This document shows, in pieces, positions 46,240 to 55,479 of a stretch of DNA of 64,000 nt. Numbering within the stretch: position 1 is the stretch's first letter; every line of letters begins with the position of its first letter. The position numbers were made by a program, and so were the translations under genes. Below the pieces are notes generated by a model, which was given only the letters and a program-made list of their open reading frames with translations, was not told where the DNA came from and searched no databases. This stretch comes from Phycisphaerae bacterium. GTDB lineage: Bacteria > Planctomycetota > Phycisphaerae > UBA1845 > Fen-1342. The stretch is from positions 1 to 64,000 of the forward strand of contig JASFQK010000013.1 of the NCBI GenBank assembly GCA_050115495.1. The letters run 5' to 3'.

Positions 46240-49128
46240 TCACTGAGCCTCGCCGGGTAGGCGGTCGCGCCACTCGGTGGCGTCGGCGGGTTTGCCCCAG
46301 GTCTCATAAAAAGCGGCGATGCGGCGGATGGCGCGCAGTGTCGTGTCACTGGTCTTGCCGTGACGGGCCTGGATGGCAGGCAGTGCGTCCAGGAACATGC
46401 GCTCCGCCTCGTCGAAGCGCTCCTGGGCGAGCAGGTACTCGCCGCGAAGGCTCATGAGACAGCCGGGGCAGGGGCCTTTCTGTCCGTCAGCCTGTTGCCG
46501 CTCGGCGATGTCGATGGCCTGCTGGAATAACGCCGCCGCTTCGGGCGCGTGCCCTTGCTGCTGCCGACAACGGGCCAGGGCGACCGTGGGTCCGATCAAC
46601 TGCACGTCGCTGTCGCCGTACGCCTGTCGGTGGGCGGCGAGCACCTGGCGGATCATCTCTTCCTGTTCGCCCATCCGCCCCTGCTGCCAGAGCACGTTGA
46701 GCAGCAGGTACATGCACTCCAGCGAATCCTCGTGCAGGTCGCCCAGTTCGCGGCGCAGGACGGGGAGGGCCTCGTGCAGCAGTTTTTCCGCTTCGGCGGT
46801 CTTGCCCAGCGTCGCCAGCGGCCTGGCCAAGCCCGCCATGCACCGGCACGTGTAGCGATGGTTCCTGCCGTGCAGACGCTCCAGCCCGGCCAGCGCGTCG
46901 CGGTAGATCTGCTCCGCGTCGGACCAGTGACCTTCGGCGGCGAGCGCCCACGCCACGTTCTCCATCGACTCCAGCGTTTCCGGATGATCGCGTCCCAGCA
47001 GGCGTCGCCGGACTTCGACAGCCTTCGTGATCAGCGGCATGGCTTCGGCCGTTCGCTGCTCGTGGAGGTGCAGGACGCCCAGAATGTGCATCGACTCCGC
47101 CGTGTAGACGCTTTCTTCGCCGTACACGCGCATGCTCGTGCGCAGCGCCTCCTCGCTGAGCGCGCGGGCCTCGTCCAGGTGGTCGAGGCGTTGCAGCAGC
47201 CAGGACAGCGCGTTCAGCGCCACCAGCGTCTTGGGATGCTCGTCGCCGTAGAGCCGGCGGAAGCTATCGAGTGCCTGTCGGCAGTATGGCTCCGCGGCCT
47301 GCCAGCGCCCGCCGGATTGCAGCGTCCACGCCAGATAGGCCATCGCGTTGACCGTGTGGGCGTGGTCCGGACCGAGGGCTTGCTGGCCGAGCGACATGGC
47401 CTCGCGCAGCAGCGGCTCCGCCTCCGACAGCTTGCTGTCGTACATCAGGGCTTTGCCCAGGCTGTTCATGGAGGCGATCGTGTCGGCGTGCGCGTCCCCG
47501 AGCGTTGCGCGACGCAGATCGACCGCGGTCGCCAGGAGTGGCTGCGCCTTGCCGAAGAGGCCCAGGTTTGTGTAGACGCGGCCGACGATGTCCAGGAGCC
47601 GGGCCTGGATCTCGGGCTGTTCCTTCAGGTTGCGCTGGATGTTCTCGGCGGCGGCGTCCAGCATCTCGCGCGCTGTTCCGCCGGAGCCGTCCGTTTGCAG
47701 GGGATCCGCCGCTTCGAGCAGGGCGGTGAGGATCTGGGCGACCTCGGCTGCGGTCTGCGCCTCTGCCTGGGCGAGCCGCTCCGCTTTCTGAGCGCGGACG
47801 GTGTTGGCCTCGGCGGTTTGGCGTTCGTGCTGGGCGTGGGCGCGGAGCACGTCCGCCTGAGCGTACAAGACGCTCATCCAGATGCCGAAAGCCAGCAGGA
47901 TGCCCAGCACCACCGCGGCCGAGGCGAACGCCGCCTTGTGGCGTTTCGCCAGCTTGCGTAGTTGATATGTCAGTCCGGGCGGACCGGCCGTCACGGGCTC
48001 GTCGCGCAGGTATCGTTGGACGTCCTCGGATAAGGCCACGGCGGCGTCGTACCGCCGATCGCGGTCCTTCTCCAGCGCCTTCATGACGATCCAGTCCAGG
48101 TCGCCGCGCAGCGTCCTGGCCAGACTGCCGGGTTCGATCCGCCGGGCGCGGGCTACGCGGGCGAGCGTGTCGCCGAGGCCACCGACGCGACGCGACGGCG
48201 TCGGCGGTTCGCGCTCGCGCACGACGCGCTGCATCTCGGCGTACGACGTGTCGCGCAGCGCCTGCGTGTCGAAGGGCGTGACGCCGGCCAGTAGCTCGTA
48301 CAGCAGCACGCCGAGCGAGTAGATGTCACTGCGCGTGTCGACGTCCAGTTCGCCCATGCTCACCTGTTCGGGGCTGACGTACTCCGGCGTGCCCACGAAT
48401 TGGCGGAAACCTGTTTGCAGGGTCTTTTCGGTCAGCGATTCGTGCATCGCCTTGGCGATGCCGAAGTCGATCACCTTGGGCGCGGGCACGCCGTCGCGTA
48501 GCGTGACCAGGACGTTGGACGGCTTGATGTCGCGGTGGATGACGCCCTTCTGGTGGGCGTGGTGCACCGCTTGGCACACTTGGACGAAGAGCGCCGCCCG
48601 CTCGCGAATGGTCGCCCAGTGCTCGTCGCAGTATTCGGTGATCGGAGCGCCGCGGACCAGCTCCATCACGAAGTAGGGCCGGCCGCCTTCCGTCGCGCCG
48701 GCGTCGAGCACGCTGGCGATGTGGGGATGCTCCATCATCGCCAGGGCCTGCCGCTCGGCTTCGAAGCGGGCGATGACCTGCCGGGTGTCCATGCCCAGCT
48801 TCACGATTTTCAGGGCGACCGTTCGCCGGACGGGCCGCTCCTGCTGCGCCATGTAGACTGCCCCGAAGCCGCCCTCACCCAGCAGCTCGAGCAGCTTGTA
48901 CGGGCCGATCGACTGGCCGATCAGCTCGTTGTCGCTGCGGTCCAGCTCTTCGACCGCGTGGAGCGAGGCGATCGTGTGGCTGTCCAGGTGGGCCAGCAGC
49001 GAGTCGACCTCCGCCCGGACGTCCGACTCATCGCAGGCGGCGTCGAGGAAGGCCGGACGCTCGTCGGGCGGCAGAACGGCCGCCTCGTGAAAGAGCTCCT
49101 CTACCTTTCTCTGGAGTGCCGCGTTCAT
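46240..49128 (-). CDS. Membrane Ser/Thr protein kinase with C-terminal TPR repeats
   Basis: LGEGGFGAVY, VALK, HRDIKPSN, DFGIAK, GTPEYVSPE; TM segment; kinesin-light-chain-like TPRs (LGxDHPxT). Confidence 0.93.
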   Translation of the reverse strand: MNAALQRKVEELFHEAAVLPPDERPAFLDAACDESDVRAEVDSLLAHLDSHTIASLHAVEELDRSDNELIGQSIGPYKLLELLGEGGFGAVYMAQQERPVRRTVALKIVKLGMDTRQVIARFEAERQALAMMEHPHIASVLDAGATEGGRPYFVMELVRGAPITEYCDEHWATIRERAALFVQVCQAVHHAHQKGVIHRDIKPSNVLVTLRDGVPAPKVIDFGIAKAMHESLTEKTLQTGFRQFVGTPEYVSPEQVSMGELDVDTRSDIYSLGVLLYELLAGVTPFDTQALRDTSYAEMQRVVREREPPTPSRRVGGLGDTLARVARARRIEPGSLARTLRGDLDWIVMKALEKDRDRRYDAAVALSEDVQRYLRDEPVTAGPPGLTYQLRKLAKRHKAAFASAAVVLGILLAFGIWMSVLYAQADVLRAHAQHERQTAEANTVRAQKAERLAQAEAQTAAEVAQILTALLEAADPLQTDGSGGTAREMLDAAAENIQRNLKEQPEIQARLLDIVGRVYTNLGLFGKAQPLLATAVDLRRATLGDAHADTIASMNSLGKALMYDSKLSEAEPLLREAMSLGQQALGPDHAHTVNAMAYLAWTLQSGGRWQAAEPYCRQALDSFRRLYGDEHPKTLVALNALSWLLQRLDHLDEARALSEEALRTSMRVYGEESVYTAESMHILGVLHLHEQRTAEAMPLITKAVEVRRRLLGRDHPETLESMENVAWALAAEGHWSDAEQIYRDALAGLERLHGRNHRYTCRCMAGLARPLATLGKTAEAEKLLHEALPVLRRELGDLHEDSLECMYLLLNVLWQQGRMGEQEEMIRQVLAAHRQAYGDSDVQLIGPTVALARCRQQQGHAPEAAALFQQAIDIAERQQADGQKGPCPGCLMSLRGEYLLAQERFDEAERMFLDALPAIQARHGKTSDTTLRAIRRIAAFYETWGKPADATEWRDRLPGEAQ

Positions 49129-49253
49129 GTGCGTGCCTCGGAATCGTTGCTTCGGCCGAGCCACCACCCAATTCGAAATCGGCGGCTCATTTCGCTCACG
49201 GTGCTGGCGTCTGAATCCGTCGGTCCGGCGAAGCGGCAGTACGCCGCGCGTGT

Positions 49254-49847
49254 TCAGGCCGAGTCGCCTCCGGCGAGTTCGCGCTCCAGCCAGGTGCGGA
49301 TGAACCGCCACTCGCGTCCCACCGTCGCCACCGAGATGCCGAGCGCCTCCGCGGTCTCCGCCGTCGTCATCCGGGCGAAGTAGCGCAGGTTGATGATTTG
49401 CCCTTTGCGCGGGTCCTCGCGTTCGAGTCGGCGAATCGCCTCGTCGATGGCCAGGACCTCGCGCGAAGGTGCGTCGGCCGCCGGCTCGTTCAGCTCGTTG
49501 TCGAGGCGTCGCAGGCCGCCGCCCTCCTTCAGAGAGGACTTGTGCCGCGCCTGCTCCACGAGGATGTGCCGCATCGCCCGGGCGGCGGCGGCGAAGAAAT
49601 GGGCACGATCGCCCCAGCCCGGGTCCTCGCGACCCACGAGACGCATGTAAGCCTCGTGAACCAGGGCCGTGGCCTGTAGCGTCTGGCCCGGCGGGAGCTT
49701 CCGCAGCCGCGCCTGGGCCAGTTGTCTCAACTCATCGTACACGAGTGGCAGCAGGTCCCGCGCGGCTTCGCGACCGCCGGCGAAGTCGCGGAGAATCTGT
49801 GTGACTGGATTGGTATCGTTGTCTGGCAAGTGCTGCCGCCGGTGCAT
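49254..49847 (-). CDS. ECF sigma factor, TIGR02999 type
   Basis: LLPLVYDELRQLA, TLQATALVHEAYMRL, HFFAAAARAMRHIL, LRYFA...ATVGREW; directly upstream of the Ser/Thr kinase. Confidence 0.92.
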   Translation of the reverse strand: MHRRQHLPDNDTNPVTQILRDFAGGREAARDLLPLVYDELRQLAQARLRKLPPGQTLQATALVHEAYMRLVGREDPGWGDRAHFFAAAARAMRHILVEQARHKSSLKEGGGLRRLDNELNEPAADAPSREVLAIDEAIRRLEREDPRKGQIINLRYFARMTTAETAEALGISVATVGREWRFIRTWLERELAGGDSA

Positions 49848-50080
49848 CCTCTCCGGCGCCGCGCCGGCGAGCCCGCCGCACGGCCCCGGCGCATGATTTG
49901 CGCCTCGTATCCTGCCGTCGACTCGATCCTATCGTGGCAGCCCGGCGGGCACAATCGCGGTTGTCGGGTCGGCGCTCAGCGTCGGTCGGCAGTTGCGGCG
50001 GCGGGCCGACTCGATCTCTCGAAGTCAACAGCCGGCCGACCAACTGACGACCGCATCCGCGTGCGCGCCGTCGCCCCGCA

Positions 50081-51001
50081 TCAAGGATCGCAGGCGAATC
50101 GGAACGCGTCGTCCAGGTCGGGCGGCAATACCAGCGTCTGAAAAGAACGATCGCGCGCGTCCTCGCAGAGGGCGGCGCGCCGTACGGCGTTATTCACGAA
50201 CTCAGCCGCGTACTCGGCGTTGAAGACCGGCTTCCCGGCGTCGATGAACGGTTGCAGGGCGTCGCATTCGTCGTACTCGTGGCACTGTTCGTTCACGCAG
50301 AAGTCGAAATACGCGACCAGCTCCGGAACCTGGTCGACGTCATTCTTGAGGCCGACACTGAGCCCGCGGGCGTGCGCCTCGTTGGCCAGGAAGCGGTTGA
50401 AGTCGAGCTGGTCTGCCGGTGTCAGAGCAAAGCCGCTGTCGTTGTCATAGGCATCGACATTGTCGGGCTCGACGCCGTCGCAACCGCGCTGCACCGCCAG
50501 ATCGAGCCTCGCCTGCATGATCCGCCGGACGTTCGCGGAGCGGATGTCGAGCCAGCGCTCGTCCACGTAGTCCTCGAGCGTGTTACCCAGCTCTGCCGCC
50601 AGGAACTCGTCGGCGTCCGGGCGGAAGTCCTCGAACGTGCCGGCGGAGAAGTAGCAGATCACCCGGCGACCCTGGGCGTGCAGCTCTTCGATGGGTTCCG
50701 GGGACGAATCGAACAGGTCGATGTCGTACACGTCGACGTCGTAAGTCGTGTTGATCCGGCCGTCGGCGTCAGTCTGGAGCTGCCACTGCCACGTCGTGTC
50801 CACGCCGGGCTGATACCATTCGCCCTGTGCGGGCGGCGGCGTGTTCGTATCGCCGGAGGAATCCCCCGCGCCATCGTCCGGCCCGTCGGCTGCCGGCGGG
50901 CAGCCAAACAACACACTGGCCAAACCAACCAGCACGAGCAGCAGCACGCTGCGTGCGTTGGGCAAACCTCTGTTCTGAGGATTTCGTGAGAGCATCGGCA
51001 T
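50081..51001 (-). CDS. Endo-alpha-1,4-polygalactosaminidase (GH114) lipoprotein
   Basis: Lipobox LFGC; WQWQL, DIDLFD, ICYFSAG, CDGVEPDN, GLKND, NEQC, FNAEY. Start uncertain. Confidence 0.88.
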   Translation of the reverse strand: MPMLSRNPQNRGLPNARSVLLLVLVGLASVLFGCPPAADGPDDGAGDSSGDTNTPPPAQGEWYQPGVDTTWQWQLQTDADGRINTTYDVDVYDIDLFDSSPEPIEELHAQGRRVICYFSAGTFEDFRPDADEFLAAELGNTLEDYVDERWLDIRSANVRRIMQARLDLAVQRGCDGVEPDNVDAYDNDSGFALTPADQLDFNRFLANEAHARGLSVGLKNDVDQVPELVAYFDFCVNEQCHEYDECDALQPFIDAGKPVFNAEYAAEFVNNAVRRAALCEDARDRSFQTLVLPPDLDDAFRFACDP

Positions 51002-51179
51002 GAGACCAGCGATTCTGACAGCTCTGCCTGCTATTCTACGCATCCCCCGCAGGCAGAACGAGCACGCATTCGCGCGGTCAACGGACCGTCCCCGTGCCGG
51101 GGTGTGCTGCTGGACGGCGGCCCGGAAGACGCTACGCTGAGGTTTGCTGGATACTTCAGTTATCCGGGAGCGTGCAGCC

Positions 51180-51656
51180 ATGATCGACTTCAAACCGGAT
51201 ACCAGTGCTCCGCCGCCGGGCTTGAGGACGTTGGCGCAGCTCGAAGAGGATCTCGGGCTCATGCTGCCGGAGGAGTACGTCGCGCTGCTCCGGCAATCGA
51301 ACGGCGGCGTGCCCGTGTGTGGCTGTTTTGAGTGCGACGGGCAGGAGCGATTGGTCGAGCGGTTCCTGTGCATACTGGATACGCCGGAAGAGGACGAGGC
51401 GCACGGCCCGTATGACGTGAGCGTGGTCTGGTCGCAGGTCGGCGAGCGACTCGTGGACGATCCCGCCCTGGTCGGCACGAACGTGTTGCCCATCGCCGCG
51501 TTGTCCGCGGGCGACCTCGTCTGCCTGGACTTCCGCGAAGATCCTGCCACGCCGGCGGTGGTCGTCTGGGATCACGAACAGAGCGCGGAGCTGCATCCGC
51601 GCCTCGTGCGCGTGGCGGATTCGCTGCTGGATTTCCTGCGGATGCTGCGTCCTTGA
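51180..51656 (+). CDS. SMI1/KNR4 (SUKH) family protein
   Basis: LEEDLGLMLPEEYVALLRQSNGG; PIAALSAGDLVCLDFR; VVVWDHE; VADSLLDFL. Confidence 0.85.
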   Translation: MIDFKPDTSAPPPGLRTLAQLEEDLGLMLPEEYVALLRQSNGGVPVCGCFECDGQERLVERFLCILDTPEEDEAHGPYDVSVVWSQVGERLVDDPALVGTNVLPIAALSAGDLVCLDFREDPATPAVVVWDHEQSAELHPRLVRVADSLLDFLRMLRP

Positions 51657-51703
51657 ACCGCTTCGATCGCGAGTAGGTTCAGGATGCTCCCGAGGAGCGG
51701 CGT

Positions 51704-52468
51704 ATGACCGACGTTCAGATTATCGACACGGACGCCGCGACCGTCGGCGAGCACGCGTTCTGCGGCTTCAAGGATCCCAGGAGCGAAGGGCACAAGCGAA
51801 AGACCGCCTGGCTGAAGCAGCGCTTCACCGAGGGATTGAGATTCAAGGTGTTGCAGGTCGACGGCGTCGACGCCGGCATGATCGAGTACGCTCCCGGCGA
51901 GCACACCTGGCGGCCGATCGAGGCGGTGGGCTACCTGGTCATCCACTGCATCATGATCAACCGGAAGGAGTACAAGGGGCACGGCTACGGCCTGCGGCTC
52001 GTGGAAGAGTGCGTGAGCGACGCCCGGCGGGCCGGCAAGCACGGCGTTGCGGTCGTGACCAGCAGGGGCACGTGGATGGCGAGTCCGGAGGTCTTTCTGC
52101 GCAACGGCTTCAAGTGCGTGGACACCGCGCCGCCCTCGTTCGAGCTGCTGGCCAGGAAGTTGCGCAAGGCGCCGTCGCCGACGTTCCGGACGGGGTGGGA
52201 GGACACGCTGCGACAGTGCGGCTCGGGGCTCACGATCATCACGTCTGACCAGTGTCCGTGCATCGCCAAGGCGATCGGCGATATTCGGCAGGCCTGCCGG
52301 ACGCTACGGATTCGCCCGAAGGTCGTGGAGCTGACGACAGGTGAAGAGGCCCGCGCCGCACCGTCGGCCTACGGCATCTTCAACGTGATCTACAAGGGCC
52401 GCGTCGTGGCCGACCATCCGATCAGCAGCACGCGCTTCCTGAACATCATGCGGGGACTGCGGAAGTAG
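51704..52468 (+). CDS. GNAT-family protein with C-terminal YoaP-like domain
   Basis: KTAWLKQRFTEGL, IEYAPGE, IHCIMI..YKGHGYG, SDQCP, ARAAPS. Confidence 0.8.
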   Translation: MTDVQIIDTDAATVGEHAFCGFKDPRSEGHKRKTAWLKQRFTEGLRFKVLQVDGVDAGMIEYAPGEHTWRPIEAVGYLVIHCIMINRKEYKGHGYGLRLVEECVSDARRAGKHGVAVVTSRGTWMASPEVFLRNGFKCVDTAPPSFELLARKLRKAPSPTFRTGWEDTLRQCGSGLTIITSDQCPCIAKAIGDIRQACRTLRIRPKVVELTTGEEARAAPSAYGIFNVIYKGRVVADHPISSTRFLNIMRGLRK

Positions 52469-52534
52469 TCCGGTGATGCCACGGCACCGGGGGGTACTCC
52501 GTGAGACTTCGCGGCCGCGGGCCGTTGTGGAGGG

Positions 52535-53797
52535 TCACTCGCTGGGTTGATCGTCGCCGGGCAGACGTCCATCTGCATCTGTTGGGGCCGGTCGCAGGCG
52601 ATTGCTCATGCGCACTTCGCTCTGGATGATCGGGTATTCCATGCGGAAGCGGTAGACGTCGAAGCGTTGCGGCTCCCAGCCCAGACGCTCGAACACATAG
52701 GACACCATGTCCGCGTAGCGCGGCACCTCGGGCGTGTGCAGCGCATCAGTCGCCTTGCCCATGTACTGCACGGTGTCCGTAAGCGGCAGGCGAATGGAGG
52801 AGTTGTACGGTCCGGAGGCGAAGTTGCTGTAGATGACGAGCTCCGGCTCCAGACGCCCATACAGTTCTTCGTGGACGAACTGGTCGAAGATGAGCAGCTC
52901 AGACGCGGTACCCACCTGGGCCACGTAGCTCGCGCTGCTGTCTGTCTCACAGCAGTAATAGGAACCGCCGCGCCGAACGATCTCGCCCGTGATGCACGTG
53001 ACGGCTCCGGTCTTGCCGGCGCGACCCGGCGACAGCGTCCACTGCAATGACTCTGCCACGTGGCTGTATTCGAGCTTCGGACGCGGTTGACTCATGAAGA
53101 GCTTCGCCGCCACATCGTCCGGGTTTTCCACGTCGTACAGCGGCTCGAACGGGGCATCGGACGGCACAACCCCCGAGTCGGTGCGGCAGCGGGCCAGACC
53201 GAGCGGCCAACGCACGTCGGGCCGGAGACGTTGCACGCCGACGAGTCCCCGCATTGCGGCGTGATCCACCCGCCCGGGGGTCTTCGAGAAGTTGACGAAC
53301 GAGGCTCGCAACTGCGCCTCGGCCGACACGCCCCAGATGTAGCTGTTCGCCTCGTACGCGAGCCGGCGGTGGGCCAGGTCCATCTCCGCGCGACCCTCGT
53401 CTGAGTGGGCGGCCAGCATCCGGTCGAGCCGTCTGCGACTGCCGGCGTGGATGCGGACCAGGTTGTCATAGTCGGCGAGGGCGGCGGCCGCCGTCTCGGT
53501 AAGGGCCACGGGAACGCCTTGCTTCTTCGCGGCCCGCAGGAAGATCCGCACGCCGCCGGTACCGGGGATGTAGCGGGCGGCGTCGAACGGGTTGGGGTAG
53601 CGGATGACGTTGAAGATTCGCCAACTGAGCCCCTTATCGATCTTAAGCGTGTGCTGGAGCTCGGACGCCCGCGTAATGGACTGGGGCAGGGCCGCGATAA
53701 TCTCGGTGAATGTCCGCCGAATGCGTCCGACGGCGTCGACCGTGTGCTCATCGAACGGCGGGGGTGAGTCCTTCTTCTCGGGGGTCTCCGTCTTCAT
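52535..53797 (-). CDS. Uncharacterised putative transcriptional regulator (N-terminal HTH-like), paralog of 38636-39877
   Basis: RASELQHTLKIDKGLSWRI HTH-like segment; shared C-terminal PEV..Y.....F.R.G.....F..YR....YPI motif. Confidence 0.75.
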   Translation of the reverse strand: MKTETPEKKDSPPPFDEHTVDAVGRIRRTFTEIIAALPQSITRASELQHTLKIDKGLSWRIFNVIRYPNPFDAARYIPGTGGVRIFLRAAKKQGVPVALTETAAAALADYDNLVRIHAGSRRRLDRMLAAHSDEGRAEMDLAHRRLAYEANSYIWGVSAEAQLRASFVNFSKTPGRVDHAAMRGLVGVQRLRPDVRWPLGLARCRTDSGVVPSDAPFEPLYDVENPDDVAAKLFMSQPRPKLEYSHVAESLQWTLSPGRAGKTGAVTCITGEIVRRGGSYYCCETDSSASYVAQVGTASELLIFDQFVHEELYGRLEPELVIYSNFASGPYNSSIRLPLTDTVQYMGKATDALHTPEVPRYADMVSYVFERLGWEPQRFDVYRFRMEYPIIQSEVRMSNRLRPAPTDADGRLPGDDQPSE

Positions 53798-53804
53798 GGT
53801 TGCG

Positions 53805-53881
53805 ACTCTAATCGGTTCTGAGGGAAATATCAAGTGAAGTTTTTAAAAACTATTGACAAGCACTTCCCCAAAAACTATCGT
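53805..53881. promoter_or_regulatory. Back-to-back divergent promoters with perfect palindromic operator candidate (module 2)
   Basis: Minus strand TTGATA(53833-53828)-N17-TAGAGT(53810-53805), then 7 nt to ATG 53797. Plus strand TTGACA(53853)-N17-TATCGT(53876). Perfect palindrome AGTTTTTAAAAACT at 53838-53851. Confidence 0.75.
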
Positions 53882-54286
53882 GAACCTGACGTCGATGGCC
53901 ATGAGCAACGCTTTCGGCCGTTGACTGCTGCGATCGAGAGGAGTTGTCCGTGTTGTGTTTGCCTGCGAGCACGCCCGTTTTCCGCCGCTCGAACCGGTTC
54001 ACTGTCGCCGGCGAGAGCAGTCCGGCGGCGCGGACGACGGGTGGGTGCCTGGCGCGATGCAGCAACGCCGGGCCGCGGCAGGCATGCCTGGCAACCGGGG
54101 ACAGACCGAACGGAGACGTCATGGTGTGAGGTTGGTTCCGGGGGGCGAGGGGAGTGAGGAGAAGGAAGCGGATTACCCGGCATCAACAGGAATCAGCGGA
54201 GTGTAGGGAGGCGCCGTCTGCAAGCGGTTTGCAGTAGTCCACAAACGAAGAGGTAGGTTGTTACTTCGGTAGGAGGAGACGTTTCA

Positions 54287-55414
54287 ATGACTTCGAACCT
54301 TCAGAGAATCAGTTGCGTGTTGACGACCGTCGCGGTGCTGACGTTCACCGGTGCGGCATTCGGCGGTTGGACGTTCATCGACCTTGGTAGCCTCGACGGA
54401 CGGGGGTGCCTCGGTGTCGACGTGAACAACGCCGGCCAGGTGACCGGCTACTCCACGTACGAAGGGGGAGGGGACTTCGACTATCACCCGTTCATCTGGG
54501 AGAACGGCAGCATGATCGATCTCGGCACGATCGGTGATGCGTACCTGGCGCAGCCCACGGCCATCAGTGAGGCCGGGCAGGTAGCGGGTTGGTCCAAGAT
54601 CCAGCCTTACCCGGATAACCACGCGTTTTTCTGGGAAAACGGAACCATGACCGATCTGGGAACGTTGGGCGGCAGCCAGACCTGGGGCGAGGGCGTCAAC
54701 AGCGCCGGCCATGTGGTCGGGTACCAGAGCACGCCGGGTTGTGCCTTCCTGTGGGATGGGACGACGATGCAGGACCTGAACAGCTCGTCCAACCCCGACT
54801 GGCAGCTCACGGGCGCCCTCGACATCAATGATTCGGAGCAAATCGTAGGCCAGGGCAACATCGATGGTTCCACCAGGGCCTTTCTGTACGACGCCGGCGT
54901 GATCACCAATCTGGGCGTCCTGGGCACTGGGGATAACAGCTCGGCGAACGCCATTTCCGAGTCCGGAATCATCGTGGGCCGCTCGACGAACGGGGAGACG
55001 TACCGGCCGGGGCCGGGGCCCATGACGCGTCCGGTCAACCATGGTTTCCTGTGGCAGGACGGCGTCATGACCGACCTGGGTACGCTCGGCGGGATTCTGA
55101 GCGAGGCGTTCGACGTGAACGCATCCGGCCAGGTGGTCGGCAAGGCGAACTACACTGAGGGAGACTTCCACCACCACCACGCCTTTCTGTGGGACGACGG
55201 CGTCATGATCGACCTCAATGACCTGCTCCCGGCCGGCAGCGAATGGGAACTGAGGGAGGCCACGGGCATCAACGATCTCGGGTACATCGTTGGGTGGGGG
55301 ATGGTGAACGGGGTGGAGCGTGGGTTCATCCTCGTTCCCGAGCCCAGCACGCTGACCTGTCTGCTCGGCCTGGGCGCACTCCTGTTCGCTCGCGGACGGC
55401 GGAACGCGTCCTAG
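54287..55414 (+). CDS. HAF-repeat exported protein with PEP-CTERM tail
   Basis: AGGAGG RBS; signal peptide; repeats HAFxW..G.MTDLGTLGG..A..IN..GQVVG; VPEP-TM-RR tail. Confidence 0.9.
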   Translation: MTSNLQRISCVLTTVAVLTFTGAAFGGWTFIDLGSLDGRGCLGVDVNNAGQVTGYSTYEGGGDFDYHPFIWENGSMIDLGTIGDAYLAQPTAISEAGQVAGWSKIQPYPDNHAFFWENGTMTDLGTLGGSQTWGEGVNSAGHVVGYQSTPGCAFLWDGTTMQDLNSSSNPDWQLTGALDINDSEQIVGQGNIDGSTRAFLYDAGVITNLGVLGTGDNSSANAISESGIIVGRSTNGETYRPGPGPMTRPVNHGFLWQDGVMTDLGTLGGILSEAFDVNASGQVVGKANYTEGDFHHHHAFLWDDGVMIDLNDLLPAGSEWELREATGINDLGYIVGWGMVNGVERGFILVPEPSTLTCLLGLGALLFARGRRNAS

Positions 55415-55479
55415 CCGCTTTGGATCTGGAGTGGGGATGTTGTGACCCTGATACCCTCTCGCCGTGATGACGGCGAAGG

